Positions 40,480-52,516 of a stretch of 64,000 nucleotides of DNA are shown here, in pieces; position 1 is the stretch's first letter, and each line of letters begins with the position of its first letter. The stretch lies in NCBI RefSeq assembly GCF_001194135.2, contig NC_068981.1, forward strand, positions 100,365,318 through 100,429,317, in the 5' to 3' direction. Position numbers and translations under genes: made by a program. Source of the DNA: Octopus bimaculoides. Taxonomy: Eukaryota. The notes below the pieces were generated by a model, which was given only the letters and a program-made list of their open reading frames with translations, was not told the origin of the DNA and did not search any database.

Positions 40480-40810
40480 AACAATTCTTCCGTCTCACGC
40501 AACTTCAAAAGAACTTCACTCATATACAACCGCACTTTCTCCGTCTCTTTCACGCCAACTTCAAAAGATCCCCTTTTTTCCCCAAAATATTTTCACTTGT
40601 CTGGGCATTGCTATTACAGACAAATTCACAACAATTTGACTCGAGAGATAAACACAAACCACCTCGTGCTGACTGCAAAACTCCCGCCAAATTATCCGCA
40701 AAAACACACACACACGTCCATTTCATATAACTTCTTTCAATTTCTGCTCTCTGATTAGACAGACGTCTAATACAATAGCTCTCAGCAACATTTTATTCTC
40801 TAAAAAGGTA
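40480..40810. promoter_or_regulatory. Candidate (bidirectional) promoter / first-exon region
   Basis: Local CpG enrichment in non-repeat DNA, a duplicated ~28-bp motif, a + strand donor AAG|GTACGT at 40808, and candidate genes pointing away on both sides. Confidence 0.35.
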
Positions 40811-41829
40811 CGTGTCTATTTTTTCTATAAGCGTATAACAATGACTTATTCCATACTTCTCCACTTAGCTTTTATCTTCACTTTTCTTAAATTAGATACA
40901 TCTGCTATTAAGTTGCAAAATTTTGGCAGTACAGTTACAAATCATTTCTACTTTACTTCTTACATACAATTTCCCTGTAAATTCTTACAGCTTCATTTTT
41001 TGGTGATGATTAAAATGTCAAACATTTTCTAACTGTTAAAGCAATTCTTAACGTCAACTTCTTAATGCCTCTTCTATTTTTTTTCCTAGCCCCCATACTT
41101 AGCAAGAAAATCGATTAAAACTTTTTCTAATGCAATTCCCCTCTTTGTTTCATCATTAAAACAACCAGTTGCTCACACAGCAACAAGGGGACTACAGGAT
41201 GACAGTCAGCCAAAACTTTCGCTATGCAGTCTCTCTTCTTTCACCTCTTTGTGGGGTTAATTATCTTCATCTTTAGTTACAGTTTCTCATTCAAACTACA
41301 TAATACGCAGAATTGTTGCATTAGTACAGTAGGGTGTTTTGAAGGAGATTTGGCTGCTGTTTCTACCAGGTCTACCTACCATGTAAAGGTCTGAACTTAA
41401 TTTTCATTCACAGATTTGCATTTCAAAAATTTAACATAATCTTTTCTATAAATCAACTATCGTAAAATTTTCTACCATGACCTCACATTTTCTATGTATG
41501 TGTGTGTACCTACCATGACCTCGCATTTTCTATGTATGTGTGTGTGTACCTTAAAAGACGTGATTAGACAGCAGTCGAACAGAATAGTTCTCAGAAACAG
41601 ACTACGTACAAATTCTTTCTTCACAACTCCTGAAGCTGTTTTCTGCAAAGATATTTTGGAATGACTTCTGCCCTCACCATTTTCTCCCAAATTTGTTTAT
41701 TTTTTAAATTCTTTTTGCCAAAAATCCCCATTTTCGGATATGGAGGTTCAGGAAAATTGCCAAAAATTGGCATTGTGAGATTTTCCACACTTGACCCCAA
41801 CTTCTTCAATTTTGACTTTTTTCCCCAAT

Positions 41830-42238
41830 AATAATTTTATTCTTTTATTCTAAGTTGTAAATTTTGCCCGAGAAATAAAGCAAATAATCACCAAATGCAT
41901 TGTTAAGAATCTGCAACTCGACAGCAAATATCTCCAAATTGATTAGAAATGCATAAATTTAATAATAACAATGTTTTTGAGATTCCGGTTCGAATGACAT
42001 GAGTGTTTTTGTTTCACTTTTGACACGTAATACTTAAATAGTGGAGGAGATATGATGTTGGTGTGGGCTGGAAGTATGCAAAAAGTTAAAAAAATTTTTT
42101 ACTAAAACACAACCGGGACCCTAAGTAAGGCATGTGTAAAATTTGAATGAAATTGGTTGTGTAGTTCTGGAGTTTTAGGGATTCACACAGACACACGCAC
42201 ACACAGACATACATTCTCAATTTTATATATATATAGAT
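41830..42238 (+). mobile_element. Non-autonomous Helentron/Helitron-like (HINE/DINE-like) 3' end
   Basis: Ends ...AAATTTGAATGAAATTGG.TG.GTAGTTC..GAG...CACACAGACA..CAGACATACATTCTCAATTTTATATATATATAGAT, a layout typical of such elements. Judged by resemblance only. Confidence 0.45.
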
Positions 42239-42579
42239 AACCAGATCTATATATGTATCTACATATGTCTATATATATATATATGCATATATAATAATTT
42301 GAAAATCCTGCACGACCAGGTGAAAAACGCTTTATTTAATATGTGACATTAATAAAAATCTGTAAATGTACAAACATCCAGATTTCTGAGTACCTTAATT
42401 TTTTTCTATATAATTTCTGTACATCATCTCCAAACCTTCAAATATATATATATATATATATATGGACATAAAACAATGATGATGATGATGGTGAGGATGA
42501 TGATGATGATGATATGTGTGTGTATACACACACACACATATATATTTATACATATCTATCTATTTATCTATCTATCTGT

Positions 42580-43260
42580 ATATACATATTATTAGAGGAA
42601 AACAGACAACAAAAACCAAGGCAGGACAAGTATCTCAAGTTATTTAGAATATTTAATTAAAGGTGAATTTGAGGTAATTAATTAATTATTAGATGTCTTA
42701 CAGCTGTTTTGGGGATATCCCAAGTGATAGTTTAGCATCTACTGGGTATTCCATCATCAGAGACAAAGTGAGTGTGTATGAAAGTTCTAGACAGGGAGTT
42801 CACAGTTTATAAAGGAATAAATTAGTAGATAGAAGAATAAAGAGTAAAACAGAAGATAGAAGAACACAGACAGGAGAATAAAGTTCACAGCTCATCTTCT
42901 TCCAGAGGGTATGGAGGTTGGTCCATACTTTCATGAAGCTATAGGTCCTTAAGTCTAGTCCCAGGTAAATCCAGACAGTATTTTGTACAAAATGAGAGTT
43001 TGAGGTTTCGAGCGTAGTTCTTCATCAGAAAGGAGAAAAGGAAAAGTTCAGAGAAGGAAAAGAAATCACCAACGGCACACATGTGTGTATGTACATGCCT
43101 CCATATTTTGACTTTGCATGATAAAATGAGTGTCACCATCATACAAGCGATGTCATTCATTTCTAGTCTTTCATGTAAACATGTCTGGCCAAGGGAAAAT
43201 ATTACCTTGTTCGGAAACAAGTGGTGGTTGGTAACAGAAACAGTATATTACTGTAAAAAA
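42580..43260 (-). mobile_element. PLE-type terminal repeat remnants carrying hammerhead motifs
   Basis: Contains two CTGATGA...(G/A)AAAC motifs on the minus strand. No intact ORF. Confidence 0.55.
42694..42765 (-). ncRNA. Type I hammerhead ribozyme motif (GAAA mutated to AAAA)
   Basis: TGTCT-CTGATGA-T-GGAATACCCAG...TTGGGATATCCCC-AAAA-CAGCTG-TA-AGACA, with a palindromic stem III. Confidence 0.6.
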
Positions 43261-43284
43261 CTTGTATATACATATATATATATA

Positions 43285-43646
43285 CAGGTTGTCACTGACT
43301 TACGACCACAGTTGGTTCCAACTGACTGGCTGTAAGTTGATCTGGTCATAAGTTGGCCTATAGGTCTACATAGCACTGTTTTATATCTGTTTTATATGTT
43401 CTTAAGGTACATTTATATCTGTTTTATATGTTCTTAAGGTACATTCTCAGGTAAAAGTCACACACAGCATTCTGTATTATACTATTATACTGGTGTTAGT
43501 CAAAAATTTCAGAGTCCCAAGCAGTTCTAAGAAATTAAACCCATTAGATTTCAACTGGACTATTTATTATTGCTGCCGGAAGCTGGCACGCCAATCGTCA
43601 TAAAGTTGATTGGTCGTAAGTCAGGTCATAAGTCAACGATGACCTG
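43285..43646. mobile_element. Tigger/pogo-like MITE (362 bp)
   Basis: TA-flanked TIRs: CAGGTTGTCACTGACTTACGACC and the reverse complement of GGTCATAAGTCAACGATGACCTG. Confidence 0.85.
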
Positions 43647-44688
43647 TACACATATCCAGCTGTAGAAACCATGGCCTTCCAACTTGTTAGATCCTATCAA
43701 ACCATCTAACCCATGCCAACATGGAAAACAGAGGTTAAATGATGATGATGATACATAAGGACAAAATAGGACATTAGGGTTCTTAGAATGATGTAATTTA
43801 ATAGTCATCAGGCCTATTGTAGATGTTTCTGTGTATTTGAACACTTAATTGCAGGGTTGGAAATGCAGAAGCAAACTGCCTCTTGCATGTGCTGGTGGGC
43901 TTTCATTTTGAATATCTTTTGTTGTTGTAATTATTGTTTTCATTGTTGCAGCTTGGTCCCAAGTCAACAATACTAGACCCCACTTGATCAAAGGAATTCG
44001 TCTTGTGAACTGCTTGCTAACTTCACAAGTGCCAGTAAAATGAAAAAGGCAATCAATACTCTATGGTTTGTATTAGGAAAGGCATCCATGCATCCATAGA
44101 AACCATGCCAAAACAAACATAGGAGCTTAAACTATCCAACCCATTCCAATGTGGAATCTGTTCAGTTTGGCTCACAGATTTTTTAATTAATTTTTTTTTA
44201 ACTAAACACAAAATAACTTTTAAAACACTAAATTTTGTCAAAAATGTTCAAAGTAAACCATGTTCTGGGTGAGAAATTCCACCAGTATACGAAGTTTCAA
44301 ACTGTTTAGTTAAATAAGATCAATTAAAAAATCTGGGCCAAACTGAACAGATCCCCAACATGGAATATGGACACTAAATGTTAATGATGACAAAGTATTT
44401 GAGGGAGATTTGGCTGCTGTTTCTAACAGATAAAATAATGAATAGAGACACACTAATTTTTTTTACATTGTGTTGGTGGTCTTCAGACAGAGTTTCCATG
44501 GAGTTTAGTTTTAAATGAAGCACACTGTTTAGATTCTATGTTGTGGAGACAATGGAAGCCCATATATGATTTGTTTCCACTTATATTTCTATGCTAATCT
44601 CCTATACCTATATTTCTGTGATGTGAATGTAGTAAACCTGGAGCAGTTTTTTAATACTTTTGTCTCCATATCTTGTTTATTTTTGTAG

Positions 44689-44733
44689 TTGAGTTTTACG
44701 ACTGGTTATATTTCATGTTCTTTCATGTTGCAG
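44689..44733 (+). CDS. Candidate exon of a + strand gene (xEFYDWLYFMFFHVA), product unknown
   Basis: Acceptor tcttgtttatttttgtag, 45-nt exon, donor CAG|GTAAGA. The frame is compatible with the next candidate exon. Confidence 0.45.
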
Positions 44734-44865
44734 GTAAGAGATATGCCAGATGCTCTATATACTATGTTTGGAACCAGATTTCTAGGTTGCTGACATCTGA
44801 AATATGGTATATATATCCATTAATTTGTTTTATTCATTCATCTAACATCTGTTTTTCCATACTAG

Positions 44866-44933
44866 CATGGGTCAGACAGAGACCTTTTTCATGCAAAAAG
44901 CTGAATGTACTTCCTGACTTCAACCCTTACTTG
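44866..44933 (+). CDS. Candidate next exon (AWVRQRPFSCKKLNVLPDFNPYL)
   Basis: Acceptor ctgtttttccatactag and donor TTG|GTAAGC. Only the phase-1 frame is open, and it matches the previous exon. Confidence 0.45.
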
Positions 44934-45954
44934 GTAAGCATTTTATTCCAAAGTCCTTTGAAAGTGTACAGCATGGTTCTCAGCCAGGGTCTAGAGAATA
45001 TTTTGTTATTAAAAATTATGTGCAATAAATCAGTTATATTTCTACATTACACAAGATATTTAAACAACTTTTTTTTAAAATACAATTCTTAATAATATTT
45101 AATTTTAAAAAATGATGGGATGTTTTTAAAACTTCAAATAGCTATGTAGATCCAGTAGAGTAAAACAGGAATCAGAGGGGTTCATGGGCAAAAAATGATT
45201 GAGAACCACTCCAAACATAACGTCAACAATCAATTTAAAGATCATCACTGATTTACTCACCTGATGACAGGACAGGTAGAACATCAACATTTACACACAC
45301 TCATACATATGCATGCATATCTAACATATGTTGCATTACATTCCATGCATTACATTCCATACATTAGGTATCCTACAGTGTCTATGTACTAAATTTTCTC
45401 ACAAAGCATTGGTTGGTCTAAGACCAAGACACGTTTACCTTCTACTTGTGTGTGTGTGTGTGTGTGTGTGTGCACTCATGCACGCATGTGTGTCTATATT
45501 ATGTAGGTAGGGTGAAATCTCAGCTGTTCTCTTTTGAAGCACATCTGCTTATTCCATTATTACAATCTAATATGTAACTGCTGTTGTTGTTGTACAGATG
45601 CAAGCTACATATTAGAGTTGAAAATTCTGGAAATATTGTTTGCAGAGTTATTGTATAACAAAACAGGAAAATTTATTGGTATTATATATTTTGCATTACA
45701 CACGTTTCATTTGCTAAAAGGAATTACAGAGTTTTACATGTTAGATAAACAAGTAAGGAATTTCCTATCAGAAATTCTTCAGATACAAAATCAAATAATA
45801 TTAAATTATTTAATTTTTTATCTGAAGAATTTCTGATATGAAATTCATTACATGTCTATCTAACATGTAAAATTCTGTAATTCCTGTTAGCAAATGAAAC
45901 ATGTGTAATGGTGAATAAATGATAATAAATTTTCCAACTTTATGTCTTGTTATA

Positions 45955-46038
<84 letters not shown>

Positions 46039-47199
46039 CTTTTAGGCTGAAAACTTGCTTAATTATTATTCTGAGTTTTATGGTGAACTGGAAAGGTTAA
46101 TTTAAAATAGATAAATATTGTAAAACTCTACAAGAGAGATTGTGCACTTATATTTTTCCTTATTCACATATCTTTGTACAATTACATAACCCCCACCCCC
46201 TACACATACACATACAGAAGAGAGGGAAATTTTCAGGCAGACAAGCCCTCTAGTGTTAAAAGCAGGTTAAAATTCACCTAGACCCCACTTTGAATTGGTT
46301 AGTGATAGGAAGGGTATCCAACCCTAAGAAAACCCACATCAAAAGATGTGATATAGATGATGGACAAAGAGAGGTGGTTGTCTCTGTTGAAAGGGATATC
46401 ATTTGCTAAAGGACTATGATCAGACACTTTACTGTAGTGCACCCATCCAATGCATGCCACATGGATAAACAGACATAAATGCAATATGTTTGTACTCATA
46501 TGTATATATGTACTGTGAGTAGGAGTGTTCAGTGAATTAATATTTCTTGGCTAAATAACATTTTGATGAATGTTTAGCCTAGTATAATAATAAAAATAAT
46601 TAGCTAGTGTATAGATATCTACATGAATGATATACAGATGGCTATATATTTATGGTGTACAGGATGTATGGACAGTTGTATAATTACATATTGTAGATGT
46701 CATAAGAATTCATAAACATCTGAGAGAGCATCAAATAATTCTTTTTTGGAACAGTTGATCTTGAAGTACACATAATGCTATTATAAATAAAAGCATGTAA
46801 ATATTGGGCTGAAAAATCCCTTTAGATAGAATACATCGCATGCTGCTTGAAGGACTTGAAACGCCATCTCCTGTAGACATGACAGGCATTCTAACACTGA
46901 ACTAAACCATTCCTTTGAATTTCTCAATCCATTTTAGAAACTTCATCATTACCAGCAACAATTGTATTGTATAAACTTTTGAGCGAACATGAAATAATCC
47001 CTTTGACTTTTTCTATCCAAAAGGGCAAAAAGGTTTTTCAACCCAATATTTACATATTATTTATAGTAGCTTTATCTGTGCTTCAATATCTACTGCACCG
47101 AAAAAAAAAGGAATAATTACATAGTGGTTGGGCTAAATTTGATATTTTATGTCTCCTTTTTCAGGAACAGCTTGATGTATTGGTGAACAGTCAATGGCA

Positions 47200-47960
47200 C
47201 CAAAGAGCATAAAGAGTAAAGTTGTAGTTGAGAAAAAGTCAGCTGTCATGGAGGACTGGAAGATATCTGAATATTGGAAAAGAGTTATCAGTGTTGTGAT
47301 GATCTACACCGGCTATTAAAATGCTGATATCACGATTGCTGCTCAATGCTCTATGAATACAGTAAAGGCAATAAGATTTTGTAAGGACATCATAGAAACT
47401 AATTTCTCCCAAACTATGATAGTCTTTGGGTGTGTCTCCAGTGATGGTGTCAACATGCAACCCACATCTTTGAACAGAGCTTGAGACTCAATTCAGATAG
47501 CTATGTGAAACTAGTGGAGACAATGATCAAACCCTGGTTGGAGAGGGTTGCTACTGGAAGATCAAATCCTGCGGCAACAGGATTCAGGTCCTTGTCATAC
47601 CTCACTAAAGAATCAGAAGTGGCTGTTGGAGAATTTCTAAAACTTCACTAGCCCCAATTTCTGACTTCCTAATTCCCTTGATTGTAATCCCATGGATTAC
47701 TATGCACAGGGTACCATTGAGAAGGACACCAACTGCTCTGCTTGCAAGACCAAGGCTGAGCTGGTGGTCAAGATCAAGGAGATGTTCAAAGATCTTCCCA
47801 GGGATACAGTAACAAATGCATACACCAGTTTCTGAAGCTGTCTTGAGGCTGTGTTTGAAGTTGAGGCTGTGTTTGAAGTTGAGGGCAGTTACTTCATGTA
47901 AACTATTATCTTGCAGCCATAATCTAGTTGACATTTTAAAAATTTCTTTTAAATATTTTT
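47200..47960 (+). mobile_element. Degenerate, deleted maT/DD37D-like Tc1/mariner transposon
   Basis: Reads MIVFGCVSSDG...KPWLERVA...QQDSGPCHT...SQKWL.ENF...PNSLDCNPMDYY...EKDTN...TKAELVVKIKEMF. Confidence 0.8.
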
Positions 47961-48398
47961 ATTTTTGGGTGGCATATTGTGTTTTCTTTTCCTTGTGTNN
48001 NNNNNNNNNNNNNNNNNNNNNNNNNNNNNNNNNNNNNNNNNNNNNNNNNNNNNNNNNNNNNNNNNNNNNNNNNNNNNNNNNNNNNNNNNNNNNNNNNNNN
48101 NNNNNNNNNNNNNNNNNNNNNNNNNNNNNNNNNNNNNNNNNNNNNNNNNNNNNNNNNNNNNNNNNNNNNNNNNNNNNNNNNNNNNNNNNNNNNNNNNNNN
48201 NNNNNNNNNNNNNNNNNNNNNNNNNNNNNNNNNNNNNNNNNNNNNNNNNNNNNNNNNNNNNNNNNNNNNNNNNNNNNNNNNNNNNNNNNNNNNNNNNNNN
48301 NNNNNNNNNNNNNNNNNNNNNNNNNNNNNNNNNNNNNNNNNNNNNNNNNNNNNNNNNNNNNNNNNNNNNNNNNNNNNNNNNNNNNNNNNNNNNNNNNN

Positions 48399-48437
<39 letters not shown>

Positions 48438-48988
48438 CGTGCACGCGCACCTATGTATGCATGTATGTATGCTGCAGAGAATCTTGACATTCAGCTAAGA
48501 GCAGATATGTTTCCTGCCAGCTAAATCTGCAAACTGCTACCTTCATTTACTTCTCTCACTAAATCTCTGAGGGAAAGCATAAATATCACAACTGCATCTT
48601 TTCTACTTCAAAAATCACAGACCTCATGCCATTGCTGAAAGCAATTTTATAGAATGCAATCAGAAAAATGTGCAATTAAACATATATAAGTATCAAGAAG
48701 GATAATTAATCTAATATACGTAGCAGTAAAGCATAAATCATGACTGAGAGAAAACTATACACATATAACAGCAGAAATCCCGCTTGTTAGATAATTAAAC
48801 ATACGCAGTATGAACATAATGAAATTTCTTGAAGGACATATAATTAACTGCATATTGAAGGAATATATAATTAAAAGACACAAACTCAATGTGTGTATGT
48901 ACACATACACACACAAATGCGTGTATGTATACATGTAAATATATATACATACACACACACAAACATGCATATATGTATACATATACAC

Positions 48989-49024
<36 letters not shown>

Positions 49025-49839
49025 AATATGTGTGTGTATGCATACATATATATATATATATATAGACGAATGTGTGTGGGTATGTATCCATATATATATA
49101 TATATGTGTGTGTGTATGTATGTATGTATGTATGTATAACATATCTGTATTATACAATATATATATTCATACACTATATGATGTACACACACACACATAT
49201 ATATATGTGTGTGTGTGTGTGTATATATACATCTGTATGTGAGTGTACATACATGTGTGTATATATATATATATGTGTGTGTACATGAGTCTGTGTGATT
49301 CACAGAAAACCAATACCAAGAGAATTCTGAATCTGTTCCAAACTGTCCAAATAAATAAATAATAGTTGTATATATGGAAGTTTGTCAAGGAATAACAGTT
49401 GAGTATGTTTACCTCTACACACACACACACACACACACAGGCAGGCACACCAATATGTGCTTGATGAACTCATAGATGTGTGTGTGTGTGTGTGTGTCTG
49501 TGAGTGTGAGAGAGACACACATGTTGATAAAATATCATAATTAGAACTTGAGAAGTAAAACAAAAAGTTTATACATTCACAATGTAGGCACCCAAAATTT
49601 CTAGGTCAGTATTCTACTCACAAAAATGTTCTGTTAAAATTTTTACAAGGCATAGATATGGCTTTGTGGTTAAAAAGCTCACTTTGCAACCATGTGGTTT
49701 TGGGTTCAGTCCCACTGCATGGCAGCTTGGTCAAGTATCTTCTATTATAGTCCGTAACCAATCAATGCCTTGTGATTGAATTTTTTGATAGACAGAAAGA
49801 GCATGGAAGCCTGTTGTGTGTGTGCATACACACACACAC

Positions 49840-50780
49840 ATATATATATATAACACATATATATATATATATATATAACACATATATATATATATAACAC
49901 ATATATATATATATATAACACATATATATATATATATATATAACACATATATATATATATATATAACACATATATATATATATATATAACACATATATAT
50001 ATATATANNNNNNNNNNNNNNNNNNNNNNNNNNNNNNNNNNNNNNNNNNNNNNNNNNNNNNNNNNNNNNNNNNNNNNNNNNNNNNNNNNNNNNNNNNNNN
50101 NNNNNNNNNNNNNNNNNNNNNNNNNNNNNNNNNNNNNNNNNNNNNNNNNNNNNNNNNNNNNNNNNNNNNNNNNNNNNNNNNNNNNNNNNNNNNNNNNNNN
50201 NNNNNNNNNNNNNNNNNNNNNNNNNNNNNNNNNNNNNNNNNNNNNNNNNNNNNNNNNNNNNNNNNNNNNNNNNNNNNNNNNNNNNNNNNNNNNNNNNNNN
50301 NNNNNNNNNNNNNNNNNNNNNNNNNNNNNNNNNNNNNNNNNNNNNNNNNNNNNNNNNNNNNNNNNNNNNNNNNNNNNNNNNNNNNNNNNNNNNNNNNNNN
50401 NNNNNNNNNNNNNNNNNNNNNNNNNNNNNNNNNNNNNNNNNNNNNNNNNNNNNNNNNNNNNNNNNNNNNNNNNNNNNNNNNNNNNNNNNNNNNNNNNNNN
50501 NNNNNNNNNNNNNNNNNNNNNNNNNNNNNNNNNNNNNNNNNNNNNNNNNNNNNNNNNNNNNNNNNNNNNNNNNNNNNNNNNNNNNNNNNNNNNNNNNNNN
50601 NNNNTATATATCACATATATATATAACACATATATATATATATATATCACATATATATATATATATATCACATATATATATATATATAACACATATATAT
50701 ATATATAACACATATATATATATATAACACACACATATATATATATATATATAACACACACATATATATATATATATATA

Positions 50781-50820
<40 letters not shown>
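49840..50820. repeat. Compound (TA)n-ACAC minisatellite spanning a gap
   Basis: Repeated ACACATATATATATATATA units. Confidence 0.95.
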
Positions 50821-50821
<1 letters not shown>

Positions 50822-50829
50822 CTGTAATT

Positions 50830-52260
50830 TTTTGTATAATTATATATTGTTAATATAACAATACATAAAAATGGGCTAGAGTTGAAGTGCTCAGCATGAG
50901 CTAGAATTCACAATTATTGTAAGAATGGATAAATAAGGGTGGAAGACCTCAGGAACAATACCATATATCCATCGCAAGATTTAATATGCGTGTGTGTGTG
51001 TTCAATTCCTTCCAGAATCAATAAATAAATATATAGTTTTAAGTCTCTAAAATGGTTAAAAGTAAGGTAAAATAAAGTAAACAGGCATATACAACGATAT
51101 AAACTTCAGAAATATCATGAATGTTTAAAATATTTATCTAAAATATTTATAAACATGCATAGTTTCCAAGTTGTATAAAATATGACAATTTAAGATAATA
51201 CATTACGATATATAAACGTATAGTATGATTTAACATATAATGGGTAAATATATACAATATGATACAATTTGATATGAAATTATAAATTTACATGTATTAT
51301 ATTAAAAACGTGTACATTAGGACAGGATATGTATATATACTATATGAGAGAAAGTAAAAAAAAAAACGTACAATACAAAGGTAATCTTAAAAGTATACAT
51401 CTACGGACCGTTTCTGAGATGTGTCTACTAATATGGTGTAGTACTCATATTAGAAATTAGAAACTCCCTTCATCAGGATGTTCGTTGTACAGAAAGAGGA
51501 AAAAATAAAAATATAAAAAGGTTAGAGTGACATAATACAATATGTTAACATACATGTAAAAACAACTGGACCTAATACATTACATCATGGCTCTTTTTTC
51601 CTCGATTGCAGAATTACGCATATGTATAATAAAAAAAAAAAAGAGAAGAATATGTAGTAATATCTAATTAGCATAGGTTGATAAGTTAAATTAAATCACA
51701 AGCCCAATCATATCTTATTACGGATTAGTTCATTATAAGATCTTGTTTGTATTTTACTTCCATTTTTAATTTTATTTATTATTTCATTTATTAATTCATT
51801 TATAAGTTCATTCCTAATCATTGATTCAAGTTCAAATTATACCAGTTCTATTTGGGCCTACTTATATTATGTCTATTGGTACTTCTAATTATTTTATTTT
51901 ATTATTTTTCTTCCTTATATATCATATTATATTGTATTATTTTTATAACTTTTAACTCATGGAAGTATTCCTATCTAAATCATTATTATTACTATTCTAA
52001 GTTCGAATTCATGTTATGACCCTTTACTGTCCACTATTCGCCCTAACCTTCTCTTTATCTTTTCTATTCTTTTTGAACTTCATAAGAAATGTTAAATGAA
52101 TTTTATGCGTGCATGCCGGGATTGCATCAGTAAACCTGTTTAGCATGGTATTATTATGGTTTTTCAGTATTAAATATGCCTCCCTAATGCATAATCCGCA
52201 TTGATGGTTTAGTCGGATGCCGCCATTCATATTTGAATATTGCTCTATGTGGCACAGAGT
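50830..52260 (-). mobile_element. PLE 3' fragment (endonuclease C-terminus plus AT-rich 3' region with a hammerhead motif)
   Basis: The end of ORF 52024-52431 reads QCGLCIREAYLILK....MLNRFTDAIPACTHK, matching the PLE C.LC..E...I....LN......C.H motif. Confidence 0.7.
51397..51481 (-). ncRNA. Type I hammerhead ribozyme motif (stem II closing pair degraded)
   Basis: ACATC-CTGATGA-A-GGGAG...ATCTCA-GAAA-CGGTCCG-TA-GATGT. Confidence 0.6.
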
Positions 52261-52516
52261 CTTTGGCCTGTCCTGATCAGGGCCACATGTTGTACCAGAA
52301 CACCGCTTCCAGTGGGGAGACATGTCCCCTCTCCACCATAGCCTTGATTGTTTGATGATGTCTCTCCACGATCCCATTTCCACTTGGTCTGTATGCCACT
52401 CTGAAAAAGCAGTGCACTTTCCACCTGTCAAGCATCTCCTTCAGCACCTCCAAATGAAATGCTGTGCTGTTGTCCATCAGCAATTCGTCCGCAGGGCCTC
52501 GCTCTAAGAATACCTT

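Noticed and set aside
43855-44043. + strand frame with one in-frame TGA (43909) that would give a neat TM helix if read as Trp (editing) or Sec
   Set aside because: The hydrophobic stretch is (GTT)n-like low complexity, and there is no donor, no SECIS and no homology. Chance is the more likely explanation.
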